DNA of 61,249 nt, counting the filler, from Sphacelaria rigidula (Eukaryota): NCBI GenBank assembly GCA_964200075.2. It is 9 parts of 9 records of this genome, joined end to end, with 100 filler letters (N's around TTAATTAATTAA, not from the genome) between each part and the next. Parts side by side here need not be neighbours in the genome. Positions count along the whole stretch, not along the records: positions 34,086 to 40,801 come from CAXNAA020018449.1; positions 40,902 to 47,617 come from CAXNAA020018450.1; positions 47,718 to 54,433 come from CAXNAA020018451.1; 6 more parts are not named here. One strand, 5' to 3'. Position 1 is the stretch's first letter. Each line of letters begins with the position of its first letter. The translations under genes and the position numbers were made by a program. The notes under the pieces are model-generated. The model worked only from the letters and a program-made list of their open reading frames with translations. It ran no database searches and was not told the DNA's origin. This document shows positions 40,157 to 51,330 of the stretch, in pieces.

Positions 40157-40720
40157 CAGGTTTGGCCGCCCAAAATGCGGACAGGAATTTGAACATGCGA
40201 TTATGCTGCTCAATTTTGGGTCGTTTTCTATGAATTTTTGACACGATGTACAGGACGTATGTGCGAAGACCCCATCATCTCTCTCCTCTACATTTTTTTC
40301 CGTGAGTTATTCACGACTCACTTTCGAAAAAAAACTGTTCTGAAATGTTTAGTCGCCAGTAACTCACGGAGAAAGAAATAAAATGTAGAAAAGAGATGAT
40401 GGGGTCTTCGCACATACGTCCTGCACACCGTGTCGAAACTTCATAGAAAACGACCCAAAATTGAGCAGTATAATCGCGTGTTCGTGTCGAAACGTGTCGA
40501 AAACCGGGTCCCATGTGGAGATATATCAGCCACGAAAAAATGAACCGCGGTTATGCTGTTCAATTTCAAGTCTAAATCCACGAAATTTTAATACGATGTA
40601 CTCGAGGTATGTTGTAAAGAACTTCTGTCCCCCCCTTTGATATTTTTTCTTATTTTCAATGACTTGTCGACGATTTTGTACGGCAAAATGTTCCGAATTT
40701 CCGATCGCCAATAATTCATG
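40157..40720. mobile_element. Second, partial copy of the foldback family at 1619-2913; well-preserved palindrome at 40191-40483
   Basis: Begins TA|CAGGTTTGGCCGCCCAAAATG. Arms gaacatgcgattatgctgctcaattttgggtcg... / ...cgacccaaaattgagcagtataatcgcgtgttc. Confidence 0.75.
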
Positions 40721-41846
40721 AGGGGGGGGGGGGGGGGGAATAAAGGGGAAAGGGAGGGGCCTCCCCAATACCCCAATTATATCGATCAAAAAAATAAAAA
40801 ANNNNNNNNNNNNNNNNNNNNNNNNNNNNNNNNNNNNNNNNNNNNTTAATTAATTAANNNNNNNNNNNNNNNNNNNNNNNNNNNNNNNNNNNNNNNNNNN
40901 NGTCAATGGTCTGATGACTATAGCATGCATGATCATGAGTACACCCGTTCCCAAGGGTTTTCCGAAAATTGTCACCATTTTTTACTCTTTTTCATGTGAT
41001 TGTTTTGTGATTGTTTTGTGTTTTTTTCTTCAACCTTTTGTTGAAATTGTTGAAATAAATTGATCGACAAACACTGACAAAAACCGAAAAGTATGGCGGG
41101 CTTTGCGAGGTTTGTATAATTGTTTCTGCTCCTTGCCCGCCCTGTCCCGATTATCTCGGATGCTGGCAACGCTCACACACATCAATTATGTACAATACAG
41201 CCGAGGTAGCAACATTATCTCACGCTTCGCCAAATTTTCCCGGACTACTAGTGGTGGGTAGTCGAGGTACGCGACACGGAACATGATCTCATAAATGTAA
41301 TCATGGCGGGTGATGAACTTGGAGGGGCGGTGTGTCCGTCATCTCAGCGGTCTCCATGCCAAGGATATCTGTGCACAGCAGCTGACCGTATCCGCCAACG
41401 CCTCGGCAATAAACGAGGGGACAGCAGGCTGGGTGTCCCCCCCCCTACCCCTCCCCCTCAAAAACTCGATTTTTTTTTATTTTGGCGCCTTCGTGTCCCG
41501 AAATCTATTTTTGACAGACCCTTGTCTGGAGGCGTTCAATCCCTCGGAGGGAAACCAAAAAATCTCTTCTGGAGGACCGCGCACCCCTCCGGAGACGTTG
41601 AATTCCTCTGGAGGCTCGAAAAATTTACCCACCTGGAGGAATTTGGGAGGTAGCCAAATGGCCGCTTGTGTAACAGCTTCTCCTTCTATCACCACTCAAA
41701 TCAGTGTTCCCAGAGTGACAGTGCACGATCCTTGCCAGTAGTACTTGGCATTTCTATGTCCGTTTTTTCAGATGTAGTGGCCGCATCAGCAGCAGTAAAT
41801 AATGTCGAACCGTTTGACGGATCTGCTAACGGCGGCACAGTGTTAA

Positions 41847-41912
41847 ATATACAGCATATCCACTGAGCTATCAGTCAGCGCTGACTGACAGCTCAGTCGA
41901 TATGTTGTATAT
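41847..41912. repeat. 66-bp loopless palindrome, possibly a TIR-only micro-MITE
   Basis: atatacagcatatccactgagctatcagtcagc|gctgactgacagctcagtcgatatgttgtatat, 3 mismatched pairs. Confidence 0.85.
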
Positions 41913-44299
41913 CCATAATAATAAAAGTACAACCGGGGTCCGAGAGCTTGTTCGACTGTTGGACTCCGGTTTTCACCCGAGGGTTGTAATCCCTGTCATC
42001 AGTGCTACCTCCGAGACCATCCTGACGCCTTTTTCTGTAGAAGGAAACAATTTGAGGAAAGGCATGGTATATACATCACTAGTCGTCAAGATGAAGACAC
42101 ATGTTCCCGTCTGTAAGCCGACGGACCGCTTGGGGCAACGCCGATTAGAGGGGTTACAATTCTCGGGTAAGAACCGGAGTCCAACAGTCTAATCATGGTT
42201 AATAACCGGAGTCCAACAGCAAATTTGGCGGCTAGATAATGACTTTGAGTTCGCGATGATCGCTAGATAATGACTTCGGGTGCGCTATAGTCGCCTCGGC
42301 GAAACCGGCGGTCACCGACTTAGTACTTCCACCAAGCTGCTGCAGTGGTACGGGCCGCCATGCTTGGGGGGGCGTTGTACGACGAGTAGTTTTGTGCTGC
42401 TACCGAATGATATGTAATATCTTGTTGTGCAATATACATGCTGTGCTTGTGATGTAACCTGGCTTCGGGATTACCAACCGGCATGGAAATCTCATGATAT
42501 TCTATACATATGTAAAGTATATGAATTTTATATGATGTAGTTTGCTCGCGTTTGAGCAGACAGTGACGTTTATCCAACGTGCATCTCCACATGTCGTGAT
42601 CATACTGCACGGTGACGCAACACAAGGAGAGGTTACAAAGGGAATGTTTTATTATTTCATACTCCTAATTATTCATTATTCATTATTTTGATCATTGATC
42701 AATATCTCAGTACAGCAAGTACTATCGCCATCATCCAACAATCAGGGGGGTACCCCCATCAAAAATGGGGTTTCCCCCCCTCCTCCTGCCACATAATGAG
42801 GTTTTGGTGACAAGGGGGGCCCTGGTGCCGTGACATTCCGATGAAGAGCCCCTTGCCGCGAAACAGTGTCACGCTTGGTGCTAGTGTCACGTTTCCCACC
42901 ACCACCCCCAAAATCGAGACGCGACGAAGTCAAAGAAGTAAACAGAGGGTAAGAATACAACGAAATGATACACCGCTGTAGTACGAGGTGGGCCAGCCTA
43001 GAGGCGGATTTGAAGTTCGCAGGCGAATGCGCCGGCCAATATTTAGACTTGGACCAAAATTTGGTATGGACAATGGATCCTCCTGCAGTCATACACTTCA
43101 CCATCAGCACTGCCCGTCTGTGTAAATTACATGACAGACATGTGCGTGTCGTTGTCGCTGGACTGGCGTTTTGAGCGTGTTGATGACATCGCTGTGCAAG
43201 TTACAACGCGCACGCACATATTTGTTAGTAGTATGTACTGATCGTGTCGTCAGGACCACCGATCATCAAAATTGAGGTTGGAGCATTCCATTGATGATGA
43301 TAACAAGAAAGAATAAGTAAAAAAAATAATAAAAAATTCTTCGGAATATGGTTAGGGTCCTCCACCTCAGGTAGCTATCGATAACTGATACACGCCATGC
43401 AAATTTCGAATCCGATAACCGACATCTTGGGTCTACGTGAAAATCATTTGTGGGGAATTTCGGTGACTTCATTCATGACCTCTGCATTTTTTATTTCACG
43501 TAGGGCCCCGAATATCCAGTTGCCGGGACCCAAACCTGAATGGCGTGGGGGATATAAGGTTAGCTTTTAGCGTATAACGTAATGCTACCCTGTTTTCGGA
43601 AAGATGGGTGTATATGCGAATATTATAGGTTTCTGTTTTTTAATAGTCAAAGGAAAGCTTCCTCCGCAAATTTTATGGTCCCCTGATGGCGAGACGGTAA
43701 TATTTCGGAATCACAAGGGTGACACGGCGGTCAGAGGTTGGGTCTTTGTTAGGGGGGCCAGGTGGGTACCCCGACCGCCCGAATGGGTGCAGGGGGGGGA
43801 GTTCAGGAGGCAGCGTGTGGAGGAGAGAGGGATGAACAGAATCACCCCATACAATTCTCCGAATTGTCAGCATATGACCCATGTCACCGGTTCTTGGCAG
43901 GTCGCAGGCTTAGGAGGACGCCATCGGAACCAGCCAACGTGCAGAGGTTATCCGCGTGCGGTTATCGCGCTGCATAGTTTTCCTCAAGGTTAACTTCATC
44001 CTCATCGTTCGCTGCCGATTCATCTTCGGCGGCGACACACTTGCGCAATTCATACTGACATGTACAGTGTCGCGTATCCGGCGATTCGGCGAAGGGCGTC
44101 GCCACACTACTCGCCACACACCTATGCACCCACGGGCGCGTCGCACCATGCACTGAATACCTTCAATATACACACCAGGAACCGTAAGTGACTATGTAAT
44201 GGAGCAGACAACATCCACTATTTCATATCTACGCGTGCAACGTATTTACAGAAAAAGCAAGCCTCCAAATCACCCCACAGAGTATCCACTCTCACAGAT

Positions 44300-47200
44300 C
44301 CAGGTGTGCAACGCATCTACAAAAAACATGCCTCGAAATTACCCAACCGACTCAATCAAAACGCGAAATCATCATGGCCGTAACCCGCTTCCGATACTGA
44401 TTTCCCCTTCTCAGACCCGCTGAATTCTGAGTCTGAATCTCCAACCCAGATCCTGGCTCAAAGCTTACACCTGCCCTCTGTCGGTCCATCTGGCCCGCCA
44501 TCGTAACAATTGCGATCGGCGGTAGCTGCTCCGGCATCAGATCTCTCTCCCCCCAACCTCCCGCCGTGACGCCGACACGACTCCCCACCAGAACTCGTAT
44601 TCGCCGCGGGCCCCGAAACCTCCGTCGATTCATTCGCCTCGCCCAATCGACGGCATGCAGTGGATTCACCCTTGCGGTGCTTCGCCGTGGATCCGCCCTT
44701 CCCCTTCCGAGGTCGGGGGCGCGCTCCGACATTTTCTCCCGCGACATCAGCTGTGGGAGTAGCGCCGGTCGGTGGGGAAGGAATCGGGGGCGAGAAGCAG
44801 CGGCCCTGGCAACCGCAGCTCAGGGTGCAGTTCCTCAAATACTCGAAGTTTTGGCATCGGTGACACCTGTTGCCCACCTTCTCCGGCCTGCATGCACATC
44901 TGAGGGTTTTCACGTTCCCAAATGTATCAAGGTAACTGTGGCTTGGCAGGTATACAACCGTGTTTTCCCGAGTCAGCTTCACCTCCCCTCTGCTCGCCGT
45001 CTTCACCCCACCCTTGTGTTGAGTTTTCTTTCCGGCTCCACAACCCATCCCCGTCCGTTGAAGTTCACTGTGGGCATCTCAATCCCGAAGCCCCCCCGCC
45101 AGTACTCGAACACTGCATCAGAATTTTGCGCGTGCTCCCTACAGGCGTCCAGGTCTGGGCAGCAGCGGGAAGGCATGTGCCCATGTGCTTTGGTGATACA
45201 GAGGCGGATCTTGTTCACGAATGACTCCAAGTCCCGCCCACACGTGGTGAAGAGAAGGCCTGGGGCCGCGGCGACCCGCTCGAAGGCGTTTCCGTACTTT
45301 AAAAAAAAATACCGTGGCGAGCAGCTTGACGCCCTCGTCGATATCCACCTCCGGGGTGTTGTCTTCTATCTCCACTCTCGGTTTCGTGAAGAGGTTTGGA
45401 GATCGCACGTCCTTTAGCACGAAGTCCCACATGTTCAGGAAGGGAATCCCGGACACGCGCGGCAGGAAGTCACAGCCAGCCAACAGGTAAGTGAAAACAA
45501 ACAGGGCCACCTTTAGAGGTGGCGTCAGCCAAGCATACTACTCGTCGGGCGGCCAAGCACTTTCGCTGCCTTCCCTCAGATCCACGATCGCCCTGGACAC
45601 CCGATTCCCCAGTATATACCGGGGGCCACCGCTCACGATGCGCTTGACAGTAACCTGAACTGCGTCGGCGCCCTGCGGCGGTATCCACCCGGTGGTCATC
45701 GCCAAGGGAACGATAACCCATTGATCAGTATCGATGGAAGTTATGAGCCACTCCGTCGATTGCTTCTTGAACAACCTCTCCGAGTGGATGATAAAGTGGA
45801 CTGCGGACATCTCTCTCTCACCTATGCCGGGGACGACTGCGCTGTGGATTCTCCGATCAGGCCCACTGCCATGACGCCACCATAGCAGACGGCCTTGCGG
45901 GTAGTGAGTAGATCACTGGCGGGGGCACCGCACCTGGCAGACGTGCTTTTGCCACGCTGTTCCCGGCCCCTCGCCGCCTGAAAACGCCGCATGATACGAT
46001 TTTGGGATCGCCCGAACTCCCGCACTGGCGCCAACATCCACGCGTGGCGCCCTCATCGGCGCGCCCGCCTCCTCACGTCCTCCTCCACCGGTCACCGCCT
46101 CAAGATACGTCCGCGGAGGCACCCCTGCGACAGCACTGTCGCCGATAACTCCGCCCGCTACAATTCCTGTCGCAGCTCCCGACACCGGCGGCATCGCCGG
46201 TCCCCCCTCCCCTCGCCCGCCTGCCGCCGCCGCTGAATTCGACCCGCAACCCGCCGCGGTCAGCCCGCCGTCGAAAATACTCGCACCTGACATCACTACT
46301 TCCGTCGCCGTCGCCACCGCCCCCCCCGGTAGTTCGACCATCATCACGTGTGGCTCCCTCATCGACGCGACCGCTCTCTCACGCCCTTTCCCACCAGTCA
46401 ACGCTTCACGATATGTCCGCGGGGGCAACCTGGCACAGCATTACCGCCGATAACCCCGTCCGCCGTACATCCTGCTGCGACTCCCGACACCAGCAGCATC
46501 ACCGGTCCTCCCCCCCTCGCCCGCCTACCGCCGGCCCGTCGCCGGAAACGCTCGCGTGTGACACCGCTAACTCCGCCTCCATCGCTACCGCCCCCCCCCG
46601 GTAGCTCGGCCATCACCACTTCCGCGATCCATGGCCGGCTCGAATTATCCTACCCCCGGTCATCCACACCGTCACATCCCTCTTCGTTTGCCATAGCCGC
46701 CGCTGCTGTGTCGCGACCTCCTTCGCCTGCATTCGGTGCTTCTTTTGCCACATGTATCTGCGTGTAACCACGTCGGGTCTGCGGCAATCTGCTCCCATAT
46801 GTTACAATCAAGGGCCCGTCGTGGTTTTCGACTAGTACTCGCTCGAAAGCACCGCTGGCAAGGCAGTTCCGTACGTGTTTGTTGTTTTGCCGAAGCAAGC
46901 TTTGGAAGCCTGTTACCCACCTCTTGAAGAGGTACTGACGACGGATTTGATGGCGACACCCTCCGTGTATGGTTTTCCGACACGGAAGTAACCGAAAGTT
47001 CACCAGTCGCGCCTTCCCCGCCCGGCAGACATCTAAGCTTGATACGCCCTGCACTCCGACGGTAGTTGCGCCCCCCCACGCAGCCGCGGTTTTCCACATC
47101 TGCGTCATCAGGTGAATCGATCGGTGCCTCCGAGGGACTGAACAATGCAATCGCCCGGGTTTTCAGCGTACGATGGGGGACTTAACTCCTTCCGCACAGC

Positions 47201-47395
47201 ACCCCTTTCATCGGTGTGGCCCCCGGCGACATCCCTAAGATTATTCGCCGATACCTCACGCTCGGAATATGTCAGTCGAGGTGTGCTTTCAACAGCGGAT
47301 GTGGCATGTTCCGGACGGGATAGCGGCCGGAGTGGCGCAGGCACGTAGCCACCTGCCCGGATGAGAAGATGCAAGGGTATATGGGCACAGAGCAT
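44300..47395 (-). mobile_element. AcademX-like DNA transposon remnant: PIN-fold (XPG/FEN1/XRN-like) nuclease plus Cys8 zinc finger, pseudogenised
   Basis: Ordered minus-strand motifs: WVTGFQSLLRQNNK...LIVTYG; VVPGIGEREM; ITSIDTD; FVFTYLLAGCDFLPRVSGI; PDLDACREHAQNSDAVFEYW...GRGW; CACRPEKVGNRCHRCQNFEYLRNCTLSCGCQGRC; acidic tail. Intronless, with stops and frameshifts. Confidence 0.7.
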
Positions 47396-47849
47396 CAGTC
47401 TTCTGGTGTTGGTCGTTTTGCGAGCGTGGGACCGGGGTGTTCATGGCCCACGATACAAGCAGGTGTACGTACGGTCGATTCTCTTAAAAAGCACACTTCT
47501 TCATCGAAAACAAGAGGAGTGGTGTCTGATGCATGCACTGTTATCGGGGTGAATGGGGCCCGATTTTGGGCACTATATATCTGTAAAATGGACCGACCAC
47601 TATCAAAAAAAAAAAAANNNNNNNNNNNNNNNNNNNNNNNNNNNNNNNNNNNNNNNNNNNNTTAATTAATTAANNNNNNNNNNNNNNNNNNNNNNNNNNN
47701 NNNNNNNNNNNNNNNNNTGCCCCCCCCCTCCCCCCTCCCGGTGCTCCGTCTCGAAAGGGATGCGCGGTCAATGGTCAAACGACTAAGGCAAGCAACAAAT
47801 GAGTACACCCCCGCCCCCCCCTCCCCCCCTCCCGAGCCTACTCCGGCGA

Positions 47850-47945
47850 AGAACCGGCGTGCTCCGTCTCGGCTTTTTAGGGATGCGAGGTCAGCGGTCG
47901 TATGACTATGGCATGCAAGACCATGAGTACACCCCCCCCTCCCGC
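47850..47945 (+). mobile_element. Sister LINE-like 3' end (module B) with a C-rich tail; other copies at ~6545-6665, ~40902-40947, ~50895-50955(-), ~53405-53500(-)
   Basis: ccggcgtgctccgtc.gg..tttagggatgcgaggtc...ggtc.tatgactatggcatgcaaga.catgagtacaccccc recurs. Confidence 0.7.
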
Positions 47946-49310
47946 ACCCTCCCGTGAGTAACATCCCGGGCCGATCACTTTTCGGGTCCCCAAATCTCAT
48001 TGCGTGCATGGGTGTTATCAACTCCCAACTCCTTCACATATTTTCAACTGCTTCGAAAGGAAAGCGTGAGTTTTTCCTACCGGAACACGGTACCGCATAT
48101 TTCGGTAAGGGATCGAGGAGGGTAAGGAGGGGGTGAGCCCTTGAGCTAATCCTGTCATAAGGGGGACGGTTTCAGTTTCCTTCTTTTTCAGTGTTTTTAG
48201 TAGCCCCGTTCTTGTTCCTCTGTACTTTGTACACCTCCCTGCCCCGTGACTATTGTAGTGCAACACAACATTGATTGCGGGTCTCGGGGTAAAAGGAGCT
48301 GCCACGTATTTTGTGCTGCCGAACGCGTTTCTTCACACGGAAACACGGAGAGATAGAAATAGCTCAGCGCACAGAGTATAGAAAATCTTGCTATATTGTA
48401 CACACGCCATGATCTCGCACAAACACTACAAACACTACTGGAATATGACTTCACCAACCTCTCCCCCACCAGACAGTGATCTAGATCATGACCCCGGTCC
48501 GTATTCACTACTTTTGTACTAACGTTTGTCATCCTGCAGGGGAGAAGGGGTCGTAGGGGGGACGTATTGTCTCCCACAAACACTACCGTGAAGCTTCATC
48601 CAACCCCTCCGCCACGAGACTGTAACGTGAGATGAACCCTGCCTGGTTCGTTTCACCAGTCTCGCACTTCACCCTGCCCCTTACCCTGTAAGAGCATGCG
48701 GGCTGCCATTGGCTTCCTGATCGTGTCGCTGTTGCCAGAATACACCGCATGGCGGTCGACCAGAACAAACCAAACGTCATCATTGACTAAATGCAGCACA
48801 GCACACACCTTTGTTGTTAATATTAAGAATAACGATGAAGGATCGCATCAGTATACAACTTCTTGTAAGTTGATTTTAGCCGGTGTATGTACATACATAC
48901 ATAGACTATTACAGACCATACATGCACACAAACAGTACACGTCTCTACGTCACCAACCGCCGACTGCCCCTCGCAGTCTAAACACCCAAAAACGAAATAA
49001 ATTTTTGGGGTAACATATATCTTGTATGAAGCACCGCCACAATCACGTCTCGCGTGCACGCGGTTGCGTACCACTATACCGTACACCCAGCCCCTCGTCT
49101 CCTCTCCTGTGTCTCAGCAAAAAGCCACCACCACATGTAGTGCGTCAACAAAACACACACACACACGCATTGAAGAACAGACTAGACTGACTGCAAATCA
49201 TGCGCCAGCCTCTCGGGGGGGGGGTTCGACAGGACGCCATTCAACACAAGTATAAAAAAATAAAATAAACTGATCCTACGAGTGATGACAGACGGACGGC
49301 TGGCTGTTTC

Positions 49311-49362
49311 TCAATTGAAGAAAACGAGCTCCAAGATCAGCGCGAGAAGCGCCTGAAATAAT
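49311..49362 (-). CDS. YIPF1: Yip1-domain protein, terminal exon
   Basis: acag|A TTA TTT...AAT TGA: (G)LFQALLALILELVFFN*, matching the YIPF1/2 C-terminus. Phase 2 is compatible. Confidence 0.8.
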
Positions 49363-50293
49363 CTGTTGAGCATCCATCCGAGGGTCGATCATAGGCGCGA
49401 CGGGGGGCATCATAACAGAGGGAGTAAGTACACGTCCTGACACGCTCTTAAAATAGTGAGGTGGGTGATGCCATACGGCAAAGATCAGGGCGGGGGCAGG
49501 TACACAGCTTCCAAAACACGAGAGAAGAGACAACAAAATCGAACAAACTTTACGTACAATCACAAGCACGTTTGAAGGCATGATTTGGACAAATGCAAAA
49601 GTTTAATGTTTTCATTCTGGGTCACTGACAAACGACAACATTTACGTACGAGGAGGGAAGGGGAGGGGTGGGGGCGGGGGCGCCGGGGTGACTGTTACAA
49701 AGGGACCACTTGACATCACCGCATAACGGAGGGTGACCGAGGTGTAACCCTCGGCCGGGATCAACAAGGATTGGAAAATATCAAGCAGGTTCAGTATCGA
49801 GGCTGAATGGGTACAGCAAACTCCACTGAGGACAGGGGCCAATAAAAGATGAAAGGATCATTGAGTTATGGGGCATCTTTGGGATAGACACTGTGAATCA
49901 TGCCAGTGAGTTCTTCCATGAAGTCTGGATGTTCCCATCTATTGGAAACACTTGCTATCCTGGGGTGGCGTCGTCGAAGATCGCGCACGTACCCACAGGA
50001 CCTACAAGCAGCAGCTGTCGCTGAGAACAGTACAGCACAGCACAGCACAGCACAGACAGAGCAGCAGGCCCCTGATCTTTTCCCCCCTCAGCATTCAACC
50101 AAATTTCCTCACGGTCCATCCTTTTGTGCACATACAAATGCCCAAGACAATGTTCTAGTACCTGCCTCGAAATGCGTATAAGGAGAGCAAATGTAGCGCC
50201 CACGCCAAAGGCGTGGATCATCAACAAGTACAGTACCTGCGGCAGAAGTCCCTCGTCTACGCGGGGGGCACGGTAAACGAACATGGAATCTCG

Positions 50294-50295
<2 letters not shown>

Positions 50296-50340
<45 letters not shown>

Positions 50341-50341
50341 C
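50296..50341. repeat. (CAA)n microsatellite, intronic
   Basis: Seen directly. Confidence 0.95.
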
Positions 50342-50484
50342 GCTATAGCACCTTCGAAAGCAAATACATACATATATACAGTTATACCAGGGAGAGATGG
50401 ATCGATCCCTTCACATCAGGGAATCGTCCCGAGGAAGGGGGAAGGTGTTCAGAGTGTGACCAGAAAAAAAAAAAAAAAACTTAC

Positions 50485-50681
50485 CCCAGCCCGGCCATGA
50501 TGGGCGCTGCCATCCCCATATTCTTCTCGAGCAGCGTTGGCGTCAGCGTTCGCAGCAAAAAAATCATAGACGTTATCGCCGCGACGCCCAATGCTCCCAC
50601 AGAAGCATAGTCCAACGGCAGCGCACACACAACGACCGCGGGTAGGAAAGGTCCTAAAGAGTAACCATATGTACATACGGC
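50485..50681 (-). CDS. YIPF1: Yip1-domain protein, penultimate exon
   Basis: gcag|GCC...GG|gtaagt: AVCTYGYSLGPFLPAVVVCALPLDY..., with the CxYGYSL motif. Phase 0 to 2. Confidence 0.88.
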
Positions 50682-50970
50682 CTGCAAGTGGAAGTGGAAT
50701 GGCGTAGCGGCGAGGGGGAAGGGGAAAGGGGAAGTGAGACGGGGGGACGTGGGGGTGGATACTCCTTTGACCATTGACCGCGCATCCCTCTCGATACGGA
50801 GCACCGTTCATACTCCTAGTAGAGACACCTCCAACACTTGGGCGCTCGTTACGATTCTTCCATACGCTACACAAAAACCTCGACCTTTCTTCATGGGGAG
50901 GGTGGGGGTGGAATGTACTCATGATCTTGCATGCCATAGTCATATGACCATTGAGGGTGTTATTACCCAC

Positions 50971-51091
50971 CTGAATGAGGCTGACTTGAACGTCTAGCTG
51001 ATTCAGCACCAACCACAGTACCACAGGTGCCACAACAGAGAAGCCATAGACCAACCATGCACTGGTAACCAGCGTAGTAAGATCGTATCCC
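50971..51091 (-). CDS. YIPF1: Yip1-domain protein (YIPF1/2 type), internal exon (upstream exons not located)
   Basis: ttcag|G GGA TAC...CAG|gtgggt: GYDLTTLVTSAWLVYGFSVVAPVVLWLVLNQLDVQVSLIQ. Confidence 0.85.
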
Positions 51092-51207
51092 CTGAAATGG
51101 GAGGAGGAGAAGCGAGAAGAAGTGAGGGGAATGGGGAGGGGAGGGAGAGAATGGCAATGATAGAGTCAGCAATAATAGTGATATTAGTAAGTCTGTTACC
51201 GCCGCCG

Positions 51208-51330
51208 CGCCCCGGTGGTGTAATGGTCCGACTGTCGCCATTAGGGTGGAGAGAACGAGGGTTCGATTCCCGATGAGTTGGGGTTTTTCTTCGTGGTATC
51301 TGATTCCCACCGTGGAGAGTGTTAGAACGT
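51208..51330 (+). mobile_element. tRNA-derived SINE head; related partial copy at ~6818-6900(-)
   Basis: A-box-like GGTGGTGTAATGG and B-box GGTTCGATTCCC, then gatgagttgggtttttcttcgt...ccaccgtgga shared with the second copy. No proper acceptor stem. Confidence 0.7.

Noticed and set aside
44566..45417. 283-aa plus-strand ORF
   Set aside because: Antisense shadow of the GC-rich minus-strand nuclease/Cys8 coding region; no recognisable motifs.
10387..51091. COPZ plus YIPF as an ER-Golgi trafficking gene cluster
   Set aside because: They lie on different, arbitrarily concatenated contigs.
51208..51280. tRNA gene (also 54300-54370)
   Set aside because: A/B boxes are present but the cloverleaf and acceptor stem are not, and the sequence continues into multicopy SINE bodies.
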